Part shown: piece by piece, positions 40,650-50,670 of the stretch
How positions within the stretch are numbered: the stretch's first letter is position 1
How the letters are laid out: the number at the start of each line of letters is the position of its first letter
Assembly: GCA_042408215.1 (NCBI GenBank)
Contig: JAYFMW010000028.1
Span: 256,001 to 320,000, forward strand
DNA from: Microcoleus sp.
Lineage (GTDB): Bacteria > Cyanobacteriota > Cyanobacteriia > Cyanobacteriales > Microcoleaceae
Reading direction: 5' to 3'
DNA length: 64,000 bases
Translations under genes and position numbers: made by a program
The notes under the pieces: model-generated
The model's input: only the letters and a program-made list of their open reading frames with translations
Told to the model about the DNA's origin: nothing
Database searches by the model: none

Positions 40650-40743
40650 TACCAATTTTTTATGAGGCTGCATAGAAGCTGATCCCCCCTCACCCCCTTT
40701 CCTAAGGGGAGTAGGGGGGTGGGACAAGATTCTTCTCAAAGTC
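40650..40743. repeat. Partial copy of the TACCAATTT MITE
   Basis: TTA|TACCAATTTTTTATGAGGCTGCA...GATCCCCCC matches one arm of the 21911-22066 element. Confidence 0.6.
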
Positions 40744-40816
40744 AGCTAGCGCTAACTATCTGTACGCACTGCTGGGTTATGGTAAAGAATTTTAACTTGT
40801 GGGCGATCGCACTCGA

Positions 40817-42256
40817 TCATTTTTTAGTAAATAGATAAATCTCATCCCGCTGATATTTGAGTTGAAATTGGGGATTGTTGGTGAGTTGAGTTACTAAGTT
40901 TTGCACAAAAGCTCGATCGCTCATCCAGCCTGGATAGCGCCAATTCAGCAACACATAGTCAAATTCCGTCAGATTTGCAGGCGGCGTATGAGCCTGAGTT
41001 AATTTTACCACAGGACGGTGAGCTAAATGTGGAGCAATATTAGCTGTCGTTAAAACATTGCCTTTGGTTTTAACGAGAGAAATCGCCTCTTTCGTAGCTG
41101 GAAGAGTGTCGAGTGCCTCTAAATAAATAGTCCAAAAATAGCCGTATTTCGCCAAGCATAAAAAAGCTATTAATGCCCAAATTACGAGATTACGATCCCA
41201 GGAAAAACTAGAAATTCGTATTTTCTCAAATATTTTAGGTATTTTGAATTCTGGCTGATTTGAGTCAGACAAATTTGCAATTACTGCTACCAACAAAAAC
41301 GGGAATATTGGAATAGAATATTGATGAATCAAATCTCGTTGAGCGGGAATATCCGAAAGAATATTCATGGCTAACATCGGCACTGCACTAATCAAAGGTG
41401 TCAGATGCCGTGGAGACATCCACCAAATTACAGGAAATAGCAATAAGGCTAAATATTCAAAAGTCTCTAAAGAAAACACACGCCCCAAAACTAGATTTGG
41501 TTTCAAGATTAAATTAACAGCAATTTCTAAAACCGACTTGCCCAAATATTGATATCGCCCGATTCCCGCGTGTTCTCTTCCCTGATTAAAATATGGTATA
41601 ATTGCCTGAGTAGCTATCAAAAACCAAGCCACACCGAAAAATAGAGCTAGGAGTCCGCAATTGCGATTTTTGTCAAAAAGCAACAGCCACAAACCCATCG
41701 CAGCTACAGTTAAAGATAACACGGCTTTGCAGCTTAGAATCAATACAATTGCAGCACAAAACCACAAGATTTTATCAAGTCTAGCTGCTACAATGGCTGC
41801 GAGAAATGCGGGTACAGCAATCACTTCTGGATGGAAGTCAAAAAGATTGACATTAAAGACTGCGGGATAAAGCAGATAGAGTGCTGCAACTGCCATTGAT
41901 TTTCGTTCATTTAAACCCGCTTGCCGTGCTAAACTCCAACTAGGCCAAGCACCTAATGCTAGGGAAATTGCTTGTACGAATAACAGCCAGTGAACATCTG
42001 GATATATTTTGTAAAGTAAAGCCAGGGGATAAAAAATAAATGCCGCGTGATCGCCTAAAATGTTAACGGCCATTAAAGAAGAAAATGGCGTTTGATTTTG
42101 AGAGATTAAATAAACTGCTTGGTCAAAAATGGCTAAGTCGTATGCTGTGGAATGAAACAAAGCGTGTCGCGCGCTACTGGAAGCAAATAAGACTATCGTG
42201 GTGGCGACAATCATTAAAAATACTGGATGGGGTTTTAGGGATTTTAAGGTTAGCAT
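40817..42256 (-). CDS. DUF2079 membrane protein (GT-C-like)
   Basis: DLAIFDQ..LGDH..FDFHPE motifs; multi-TM. Confidence 0.85.
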   Translation of the reverse strand: MLTLKSLKPHPVFLMIVATTIVLFASSSARHALFHSTAYDLAIFDQAVYLISQNQTPFSSLMAVNILGDHAAFIFYPLALLYKIYPDVHWLLFVQAISLALGAWPSWSLARQAGLNERKSMAVAALYLLYPAVFNVNLFDFHPEVIAVPAFLAAIVAARLDKILWFCAAIVLILSCKAVLSLTVAAMGLWLLLFDKNRNCGLLALFFGVAWFLIATQAIIPYFNQGREHAGIGRYQYLGKSVLEIAVNLILKPNLVLGRVFSLETFEYLALLLFPVIWWMSPRHLTPLISAVPMLAMNILSDIPAQRDLIHQYSIPIFPFLLVAVIANLSDSNQPEFKIPKIFEKIRISSFSWDRNLVIWALIAFLCLAKYGYFWTIYLEALDTLPATKEAISLVKTKGNVLTTANIAPHLAHRPVVKLTQAHTPPANLTEFDYVLLNWRYPGWMSDRAFVQNLVTQLTNNPQFQLKYQRDEIYLFTKK

Positions 42257-42265
42257 TTTATTGGT

Positions 42266-43918
42266 TTAATCAGCGATGCGTTTGAATAGCAGAACTTGGT
42301 TTTTTTGATAAGTCAATTGAAATTTGGGCGTATTTTGAAGTTGATTTGCTAAGTTATTGCCAATTTTTTCGGTATCAGGCCAGGGATGGCGCTGGTTTAA
42401 TAAGATGTATTGAAATTCAGCTAAATCTGTTTGGGGTGAAATTTGCGAAAGCAATTTTACTATTGGGCGGTGGGCCAAGTGAGGGGCAAGTCTATTGTCT
42501 GTTAAGATACTGCTTTGGGGTTGAATTTGTGCGATCGCTTCCCGTGTAGCTTGCCAAGTATCTAGTCTATTTAGATAGAGAAAAAAGTCTTTGGATTCGC
42601 CGAGAAATAGGAAAATTATTAATGACCAAATTATCATGGTTTTTGGCAATTGCATTCCCAGCCAGAGTTGAGGAAGTTGGGAAAGTTTTAAGGGGAAATT
42701 GGCAAGTTTGGGATGGTTAAATTTTCCCCAAAGTACAGATCTGAAAAACAGTTGATGATTTGGTTGATCTTCTTCCTTTTTTCCTATTTCTGCTTCCCTC
42801 TTCCTGACATCCGTTACATCCGTTACAGAATCCGTTGCCGAACTTCCCTCTTCCTTCGAGATAACTGCTAACAAGAGAAAGGGAATTATCGGCACTGAAT
42901 ATTGATAGGCTAAACTGCGTTGAAAAGGCAAGTCTGAGAGGATATTGATGGCGAGAGTAGGGATGGCTGGAATTAGCGGCATCAAGTATCGCAGTCCTAT
43001 TTTGCGGGAGAAGGGCAACAGCCCCCAAATTACTGGTAAACTGAGTATAAATATATATTTAATAGTATCAAATGAAAGGACTTTTCCTAAGACTAACTGT
43101 GGTTTTAAGATGAGATTGATGGCAATTTCTAGTACAGATTTGCCTAAATAGCTGTAGCGCCCGACTCCTGCGACTTCGCTGCCGCTAAAGAAGGGGATAA
43201 TTTTTTGGGAAGCAATCACAAACCAGGCTGCACCGAGGAAAAGTGCGATCGCCCCGCACCGTTGCTTTTTCTCGCATAAAAATAGCCACAAACCCATAGC
43301 AGCAACGGTTAGGGACAAAACTGCTTTGCAACTTAAGACTAACAAAACGGCGCTACAAAACCACAGAACTTTGTTTAAACGGGCTGCTAAGATTGCGGCC
43401 AAAAGTGCGGGTAATGCGATTACTTCTGGGTGGAAGTCAAATAGATTGATATTAAATACTACCGGATATAGTAAGTAAATAAATGCGATCGCACGAGATT
43501 GTTCTGGATTCAAACTAGCCAAGCGTGCTAAACTCCAGGTAGGCCAAGCCCCCAGGGATAAAGCAACTGCTTGTACGAAAAACAACCAATGCACATCGGG
43601 GTAAATTTTGTACAACAAAGCCAGCGGATAATAGATTACCGCTGCGTGGTCGCCTAAAATATGAATCTGCATCAAGGAAGAAAAAGGCGTTTGGTTTTGG
43701 CTGATTAAGTAAATCGCTTGGTCAAAAATGCCCAAATCGAAAGCAGTGGATTGAAACAAAGCGTGTCGCAAACTGCTACACAAAAATAAAATTGTCGCAG
43801 CAGTGGCGATCGCCCACAGCAAACTCGACGGTGGCTGCGATCGACCTTCCTCTACATTTTCCGCGAGAGACACGCTAATGTCCTCACCAGAATCAACAAA
43901 ATTGGACGAATTCTGCAT
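42266..43918 (-). CDS. DUF2079 membrane protein (tandem paralog, with an in-frame repeat insertion)
   Basis: Same motifs as the neighbouring paralog; ATG 43918 is in frame with the ORF-track start. Confidence 0.85.
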   Translation of the reverse strand: MQNSSNFVDSGEDISVSLAENVEEGRSQPPSSLLWAIATAATILFLCSSLRHALFQSTAFDLGIFDQAIYLISQNQTPFSSLMQIHILGDHAAVIYYPLALLYKIYPDVHWLFFVQAVALSLGAWPTWSLARLASLNPEQSRAIAFIYLLYPVVFNINLFDFHPEVIALPALLAAILAARLNKVLWFCSAVLLVLSCKAVLSLTVAAMGLWLFLCEKKQRCGAIALFLGAAWFVIASQKIIPFFSGSEVAGVGRYSYLGKSVLEIAINLILKPQLVLGKVLSFDTIKYIFILSLPVIWGLLPFSRKIGLRYLMPLIPAIPTLAINILSDLPFQRSLAYQYSVPIIPFLLLAVISKEEGSSATDSVTDVTDVRKREAEIGKKEEDQPNHQLFFRSVLWGKFNHPKLANFPLKLSQLPQLWLGMQLPKTMIIWSLIIFLFLGESKDFFLYLNRLDTWQATREAIAQIQPQSSILTDNRLAPHLAHRPIVKLLSQISPQTDLAEFQYILLNQRHPWPDTEKIGNNLANQLQNTPKFQLTYQKNQVLLFKRIAD

Positions 43919-43953
43919 AAAATTTAGAATAATCCACAAAACCTTAAAAAATT

Positions 43954-45144
43954 GTGAAAGCGATAACTCTGCTCGGCTCCACCGGCTCCATCGGGACTCA
44001 AACCCTAGATATTGTAGCTCAATACCCGGAACAATTTCGGATTGTCGGCTTAACCGCCGGACGAAATGTTACATTGCTAGCGCAACAAATCAGAAAATTT
44101 CGGCCCGAAATTGTCGCAATTGGGGACGAAGATAAATTACAGGAATTACAAGAGGCGATCGCCGATATCGACCCTCAACCTATGATACTTGTAGGCGAGA
44201 CAGGCGTTGTCGAAGTTGCCAGATACGGCGACGCTGAAGCCGTCGTCACCGGCATAGTCGGCTGTGCCGGTTTGCTGCCAACAATTGCGGCCATCCAAGC
44301 AGGAAAAGATATCGCCTTAGCCAATAAAGAAACATTAATCGCAGGAGGCCCCGTTGTCAACCCCCTGATCGAAAAACACGGAGTTAAAATATTACCCGCA
44401 GACTCCGAACATTCAGCAATTTTTCAGTGTCTCCAAGGGGTTATTCCTGGCGGCTTGCGGCGAATTATTCTGACTGCTTCGGGAGGTTCTTTTCGAGATT
44501 TGCCAATTGAAAAGTTAGCCGAAGTAACTGTAGCCGATGCTTTGAAACATCCGAATTGGTCGATGGGGCAGAAAATCACAATTGATTCTGCGACTTTGAT
44601 GAATAAAGGATTAGAAGTAATTGAGGCTCACTATTTGTTCGGAATGGATTATGATGATATTGATATTGTCATCCATCCCCAGAGCATAATTCATTCATTA
44701 ATTGAGTTGCAAGATACGTCAGTTTTAGCGCAATTGGGATGGCCTGATATGCGGTTGCCGCTGCTTTACGCCTTGTCTTGGCCGGAGCGAATTCATACAG
44801 ATTGGAAACCCCTAAATTTGGTAAAAGCCGGAAATTTGACTTTCCGAGAACCAGACCATGAAAAGTATCCTTGTATGCAGTTAGCCTATGCGGCTGGACG
44901 GGCTGGCGGTTCGATGCCTGCGGTGTTGAATGCGGCGAACGAACAGGCGGTAGCACTATTTTTGGAGGAGAAGATTCAGTTTTTGGATATTCCGAAAGTG
45001 ATTGAGATAGCCTGCGAAAAACATCAACAAGATAACTGTCAAAGTCCTGGTTTAGATGATATTTTGGCTGCGGACAAGTGGGCGCGGCAGGAAGTTTTGG
45101 CGGCGAGTGAGGTTTTGGGCGATCGCATTCTTTCTGTTCGCTAA
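43954..45144 (+). CDS. dxr: 1-deoxy-D-xylulose 5-phosphate reductoisomerase
   Basis: [31 protein letters not shown]. Confidence 0.98.
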   Translation: MKAITLLGSTGSIGTQTLDIVAQYPEQFRIVGLTAGRNVTLLAQQIRKFRPEIVAIGDEDKLQELQEAIADIDPQPMILVGETGVVEVARYGDAEAVVTGIVGCAGLLPTIAAIQAGKDIALANKETLIAGGPVVNPLIEKHGVKILPADSEHSAIFQCLQGVIPGGLRRIILTASGGSFRDLPIEKLAEVTVADALKHPNWSMGQKITIDSATLMNKGLEVIEAHYLFGMDYDDIDIVIHPQSIIHSLIELQDTSVLAQLGWPDMRLPLLYALSWPERIHTDWKPLNLVKAGNLTFREPDHEKYPCMQLAYAAGRAGGSMPAVLNAANEQAVALFLEEKIQFLDIPKVIEIACEKHQQDNCQSPGLDDILAADKWARQEVLAASEVLGDRILSVR

Positions 45145-45929
45145 TTGTATCAGCAGAATTGCACGGGCTCTCCGGCCCGTGCCACAAAAACTTAACGTTA
45201 TATCAAATCCGTTTGTATCGGAATTATTCATCCCTCTCTTCTCTTCCTCTGTGCCCTCTGCGGTCTCTGCGGTTAAATCATTCCCATGCAACCGTAAACG
45301 ATATTATACTTGTGGAACTATAGCCAACGGTGTAAATCGATGCCTCAATCCCTTGATAAAATAGAGCAATGAGCCTCAATCCTACAAGCAGCCGAATACC
45401 ATGCAAACTCAAGTTCGACCTACAGTATTTGAACTGAACCAACTAATTGTTCCTCCCAGCAATAAAGTGCAGTTACAAAAGGTTAGCTGGGAAATCTACG
45501 AAGCTATTTTAGACGAACTAGGAGAAGGTTATGCAGTTCGACTTGCTTATTACAAAGGAACATTAGAAATCAGGACGCCACTCCCAAAACATGAAAAAGC
45601 TAAATCGTTGATTGGATACTTGGTCAACGTGCTACGGTCAGAACTTAATATTGATTGTGAAGTTTTAGGTTCCACTACCTTCAAACGCCAAGATATGCAG
45701 GTCGGCGTAGAACCTGACGACTGTTTCTACATCCAAAATCAAGCTGCTGTCAGAGGCAAAGATAGGCTAGATTTAACTGTAGACCCGCCGCCAGATTTGG
45801 CGATCGAGATTGATAATTCTTCACAAACCAGTTTCAACTGCTATGAAGCTTTAGGAGTTCCCGAACTCTGGAGATATGACGGGGAAGTGCTGACAATTTA
45901 TCTGCTCCAAGAGGGCCAATATATTGAGT

Positions 45930-47270
45930 TTAATAGTTACAGGTTTTATGGGCAAATATTACACTTGCATTTCCCAACCATTTTGTAAGGTGTGACCCTT
46001 ACCGGACTTACTAATACGCCCTGTATTCCCTCAGCAAAAGCGTTGGGAAATGCTTTTTTGATAATATTAGCACTGCCATTCACATCCGCATTGATAAGTC
46101 TGCCATCACCAGCACGAAACAAACCTCGCTTAATTCGTTTACCTTTGTACTCTGAATGCTTGACACAAGGTTCATTATCTAAAAAAGAACACTTTGAAGT
46201 GTAACTTTCTTCAATAACCTTCACAACGATTCCTGCTAACTGCGCTTTATAAGTTAGCATTTCAATAAACCTTGCATGAGGTATTGCTACGAAGTTCTGA
46301 TTATTCCGCTTGCCGAGATTTATTCCCTGTTTCCAGTTATCGTTTTTACCAATCACCAGTGTCCCGATGCGGTTAGCTGCCAGATGATTGATGATGAATC
46401 GACTTGCATTATGCAGGTAATTATCTACTTTTACATTACGCTTGTGAGTTAATTGTTCAATTTTGATTGATGTCTTTTTCTCCCCTTTCAAGTATGACTG
46501 CAACAGTGCCTTCTTTTTGTGATAGTAGGCATTGATTGATTTGAGCGGTTTGCCATTTATTATCAGCGGCAAAAACCATTTTTGATTGGATGTAATTGTC
46601 GCTAAATTATTCAGACCAATATCAATCCCCGCTATCCCTTCAACACCTGATGATGATTGAGTTACAGACTTGGGTTCATAAACTACCTCCATCGAGTAAT
46701 GGTAAGTTTTTGGAACGATTCTGACTTGATTTACGACCCTAACTTTAGTGGTCAGAAATATGTCGGTCAAAGAAAGATTAATGATTCCTTTATTGAGCCA
46801 TTCTTTACTGATGGCTTGAGCGGTGTAAGTCAGGACATTTCTGCCTAATGTTTTGTGTTTGTATCTGGGTATTTTGGGTCTGGTTTTGAATTTATCTGGA
46901 TGGAGGTTATATTCCTTGGTAGCTGCAAAAAATGATTGCCAGCTTTCATGTAATCTCAATAATACTTGCTGAGATACTTTGGCTGGTAATCCTAGATAGT
47001 CAGTCGTTCCCTGACATAGTTTCTGTATTTTGTAATAATCGAGGTATTCTCCCGAACTGATGAATTTTTGTCGGATCAGGTAGTTAGCGTAGTTGAAAAG
47101 ATTCTTAGAAAGAAAGCACAAATTATCTAGCTGCTTGTATAGCCAGTGGTTTCGATCGATCATGTGCTTTTCAACTAGCTGCATTGTTTTGCCGTCATTT
47201 TTTACTATACTATACTATAGTATAGTATAGTATACATTGCTATTAATGGCTATAAAGTCAATGAAGTTTT
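45930..47270 (-). mobile_element. tnpB-only insertion element, no target duplication
   Basis: Boundaries are defined by restoring the Uma2 reading frame. On the minus strand the element is inserted 3' of TTAT. Confidence 0.8.
45946..47184 (-). CDS. tnpB: RNA-guided endonuclease TnpB with rearranged RuvC-II
   Basis: RuvC-I GIDIG, LVIGKN at the canonical E position, IEESYTSKCS, RuvC-III NADVNG. Confidence 0.92.
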   Translation of the reverse strand: MQLVEKHMIDRNHWLYKQLDNLCFLSKNLFNYANYLIRQKFISSGEYLDYYKIQKLCQGTTDYLGLPAKVSQQVLLRLHESWQSFFAATKEYNLHPDKFKTRPKIPRYKHKTLGRNVLTYTAQAISKEWLNKGIINLSLTDIFLTTKVRVVNQVRIVPKTYHYSMEVVYEPKSVTQSSSGVEGIAGIDIGLNNLATITSNQKWFLPLIINGKPLKSINAYYHKKKALLQSYLKGEKKTSIKIEQLTHKRNVKVDNYLHNASRFIINHLAANRIGTLVIGKNDNWKQGINLGKRNNQNFVAIPHARFIEMLTYKAQLAGIVVKVIEESYTSKCSFLDNEPCVKHSEYKGKRIKRGLFRAGDGRLINADVNGSANIIKKAFPNAFAEGIQGVLVSPVRVTPYKMVGKCKCNICP

Positions 47271-47450
47271 ATAATACCAGCCAAAACTTCCCAGACTTTC
47301 CGATTATCGATCTAATTACTCAATAGGTCGATCGCAGCAAAACCGAAGGCAGAAGCCCGACTATCAGAGCCTTTCGAGCTTGGATTCGAGAGCAATTACA
47401 AGCGAAATAAAGGCAAAACAATCTATGTTGGGCTTTCTGCCTTGTACTGG

Positions 47451-47963
47451 CTAACTCGCAACTTTTGCAGCAAAATCAGCCGCACTCATCTGTTCGTACA
47501 TTTCAAAAGGTTGATGAATCCAGGGATGATCCGCCAAATAATCCACATAATAATCTGGCTTCGCAACGGAACCAGCCTTGTACCAAAGCACAGCAGTCCG
47601 AATTTCCTGAATATCCGCGCTGTAGCGACTCTTCAGCCATAGGATACTTTGCTGTAAACTCACTCCCGAATCCACCAAGTCGTCAACCAGCAGAACTCGA
47701 TGCCCCAAATCATCGCCCACCATTGTCAAATCGCGGGCAAATTTAATCGAACTTCGGACTTTCCCCTCGGCCCCACTATAGGAAGAGGCAGCTAAAATTG
47801 CCAGCCGTTTGTCGAAAATCCGCGACAGAATATCGCCCACGCGCAGCCCTCCCCTGGCGATACACACAATGCGATCGAATTCCCACTTAGATTCATCAAT
47901 TTTTACCGCCAAATCCTCAATTTTCCGATGGTACTCTGGCCAAGAAATGTAAAGGTCACTCAT
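47451..47963 (-). CDS. Type I phosphoribosyltransferase (purine PRT-like)
   Basis: IARGG and the PRPP-binding loop LLVDDLVDSGVS; start at ATG 47963. Confidence 0.88.
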   Translation of the reverse strand: MSDLYISWPEYHRKIEDLAVKIDESKWEFDRIVCIARGGLRVGDILSRIFDKRLAILAASSYSGAEGKVRSSIKFARDLTMVGDDLGHRVLLVDDLVDSGVSLQQSILWLKSRYSADIQEIRTAVLWYKAGSVAKPDYYVDYLADHPWIHQPFEMYEQMSAADFAAKVAS

Positions 47964-48017
47964 GCCTAATATGATTGAAATGTTACAGATATTATTAAAG
48001 ATTTTGGGGAAAATGAC

Positions 48018-48767
48018 ATGAATGCGGACGAACTTCTCAGACGATATGCAGCCGGAGAACGGGTTTTTCACAAAGTAGACCTCAGCGGGGCAAATATCTC
48101 TAGAACAAATTTGCGTGATATTGACCTGACTGGAGCTATGTTAAAGAGTGCAAATTCGATCGGCATAACTCTCTACAGAGCAATTCTATATCAGGCAGAT
48201 CTCACCGCAGCCAACCTCTCTCAGGCCAACCTGATGTCGGCTAATTTGGGCGATTCTCAGGCGATAGGAGCTAACTTGAGCGGAGCCATCTTGCGGAGTG
48301 CCATACTTAGCGGAGCCGACTTAACAGGGGCTAGTCTCAGGGGTGCAGACATGAGAGAGGCCAACCTTCAGCGGGCAATTCTCTCTGGAGTTTATGCAGC
48401 TAACGCCAACTTGCAAGGAGCCAACTTGATACAAGTGAAACTTTGCCGAATCAACCTGAGCAAAGCAAATTTAACCGATGCCGACTTAACACAAGCCGAC
48501 CTCAGTAATGCTAACCTAGCCCAAGCAAATCTGAGTTGGACAAATTTAACCGAAGCAAATCTCCAAAAAGTGGATTTGAAAGGAGCTAATCTGAGCGGAG
48601 CTAACTTGAGTTGTGCCAATCTCCGGGGAGCTGATTTGAGCGGAGTTTTTCTGAAGGGAGCAAATCTGCGGGGGGCTGACCTGCATCAAGCTTCTTGGCG
48701 CGGGACAAATTGGAGCGAGGCGAATCTGAGAGAAGCAATCATGCCTGACGGAAAAATTTATGAATAA
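48018..48767 (+). CDS. Pentapeptide repeat protein
   Basis: Continuous A(N/D)Lxx repeats. Confidence 0.92.
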   Translation: MNADELLRRYAAGERVFHKVDLSGANISRTNLRDIDLTGAMLKSANSIGITLYRAILYQADLTAANLSQANLMSANLGDSQAIGANLSGAILRSAILSGADLTGASLRGADMREANLQRAILSGVYAANANLQGANLIQVKLCRINLSKANLTDADLTQADLSNANLAQANLSWTNLTEANLQKVDLKGANLSGANLSCANLRGADLSGVFLKGANLRGADLHQASWRGTNWSEANLREAIMPDGKIYE

Positions 48768-48836
48768 AATCACGATCGATCTTGCGATCGCATTTATCGA
48801 CAGGCCGGTAAAATCACGATCATTATTTGCTACTTT

Positions 48837-49031
48837 TTGATTGCCTCGATCGTTTTTTTGGTGTGGTTAAAACGTTTTTTAAACGATACTGCGACATCTA
48901 AAAAAGACGTGATATCTTGGATCGCCTTAGTGATAGGCCCTCTGATGTGGCCTGTAGTTTTGCCCCTGTCCCTTTTACAAATGACGAGCAAAAAGTCTGT
49001 CGCACCAGCTAAATGCGCTCTAGAAGACTAA
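48837..49031 (+). CDS. Small two-TM hypothetical protein (5' end uncertain or disrupted)
   Basis: Hydrophobic ORF with SWIALVIGPLMWPVVLPLS; the upstream ATG 48760 is out of frame. Confidence 0.5.
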   Translation: MIASIVFLVWLKRFLNDTATSKKDVISWIALVIGPLMWPVVLPLSLLQMTSKKSVAPAKCALED

Positions 49032-49484
49032 GAAATTGTTGAGTTAACAGACTAGAAAACACTCCTAACAGGAACAAGGATTTATCCGTGTTCCTGCACG
49101 ATAAAATCTCAAATCTCAAATCTCAAATCGGCTGAATTACTCATCTGTTGTAGGGTGAAAGCTTGAATAAAAATTACGAACCCGAGAACGGTTCTTTTTT
49201 TTTACCCCGCTCAAACTTGGCCTTGAGAGGTAGATTGCGAGCGGGCAAAAGTTGCCGAACTCTTACCCTAGTGATATAGACAATTAACGGCAGAGAATGC
49301 AATATAAAAGGGGTAACAACAATAACTAGGGCAAATCTCAAGCAGGACTTGTTTTATGTCATCAGGTATCAGGAGTCGGGGGAGGGTTCAGATTTTTAAG
49401 AGGTGCTGCATTGTGGGGAACTCACGAAAAAAAGTGTCGTCACTGTAGGGGAATGTTCTATTTGCACAAAAATCAGGAGTGAAA

Positions 49485-49646
49485 ATGAAGGAAATATCTG
49501 AGAAGCCAATTTATCGAATTCTTAATCTGGTGTCGATGCTAGCGCTGAGCTACTACGCAGTTACTTCGATCAATTACATTTTTGAGAGCGATGCTCACAT
49601 CTACAGCTATGACATCCAGAGCAATTCCAACCAACAGCGCAACTAG
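49485..49646 (+). CDS. Putative 53-aa small protein with one hydrophobic segment
   Basis: AGGAG Shine-Dalgarno 5 nt before the ATG; MKEISEKPIYRILNLVSMLALSYYAVTSINYIF...; below the ORF-track size cut-off. Confidence 0.45.
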   Translation: MKEISEKPIYRILNLVSMLALSYYAVTSINYIFESDAHIYSYDIQSNSNQQRN

Positions 49647-50670
49647 AAGCACAAATTGGGTAAATAGTACAGTTGGTCTAGGTCTGTCGAACAAAATTCT
49701 GGGGAAATTGCTAATTACTAATTGATCGCTCGAACTTAGCAATTAGCAAAAAAACATTGCTTGCCATCAAATACGATCGGTTTAGTTTAAAAATTAGACT
49801 TGAAAAAATATACTGTATCAAAAGATCCTAATTATTGAGGTTGTGTGCTAATTAAGAATTAAAGATCAGTTAAAAACCCTGTTAGAGAAATCGGCGATCG
49901 TCCAATTGCTACTACACATAGGAAGTCCGCGATGAGGCGGACTGAAGAGAAGAGGGGTATTAAACCATAACTGGGTATAAAATCGCACCTATAGTAGCCT
50001 TTGGGGCGGAAACCAGCGGGGGTCAGCGGTGTTGCAAAGAGCGGTAAAGATCGTGCAGCGTGACGATCGCCAATTGGGCTCGTGACACACATTTTGTAGG
50101 AAAAGTCGGGGGTACGCAGCAGGGTTAACTGCGGGGGGGAAAAAAAATTGAATTCTTGGGAACTATTGGCTAAACTCAAAAGTCTGATGAACCAGAGTCT
50201 ACTAAACCAATGGTAACTCTGTTACTAAACTGCCCAATTGCGGGCGATCGTACAAGTTGCGATCGCAAGGCGATCGGACAAATTGCCAAGGACGGGGGTG
50301 CAATTTCTACTTGAGAGTGTACTCCCATTAAAAATGGTGTCTGTGTATTTCCCGGCTATTGTTTAAAAAATTACTAGCTGCATCCAAGCTCGACATGGTA
50401 CACTCAAAAACGTTTAATTGGAATAGTTTCGCGAGGAGGAGGAGTTGTGGAGTCGAGAGTCCAGAGCCGGAAACAACCGATATTTGCTGCTCAAGGAACA
50501 CAGGATTCAACTCGCCACTCGAGGCTCCCTGCTGACAATTTAAATTACATGACAGCCTATAACGGCCGGGTAAATTAGGGTCTCAACCGATGTCCGGTTT
50601 CATTTATTGAATCCCTTTGGAGGGAAAAGTGTATTGTATAAAAATGATTCATCTTTTAGGAGGAGTGTAA

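Larger units (their letters stand above)
45401..47410 (+). pseudogene. Uma2-family endonuclease gene split by a tnpB element
   Basis: 5' part 45401-45929 (EPDDCFY, PPPDLAIEID, GVPELW). 3' part 47271-47410 (NTSQNFPDFP..RAFRAWIREQL) has an internal TAG at 47324. Confidence 0.85.
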
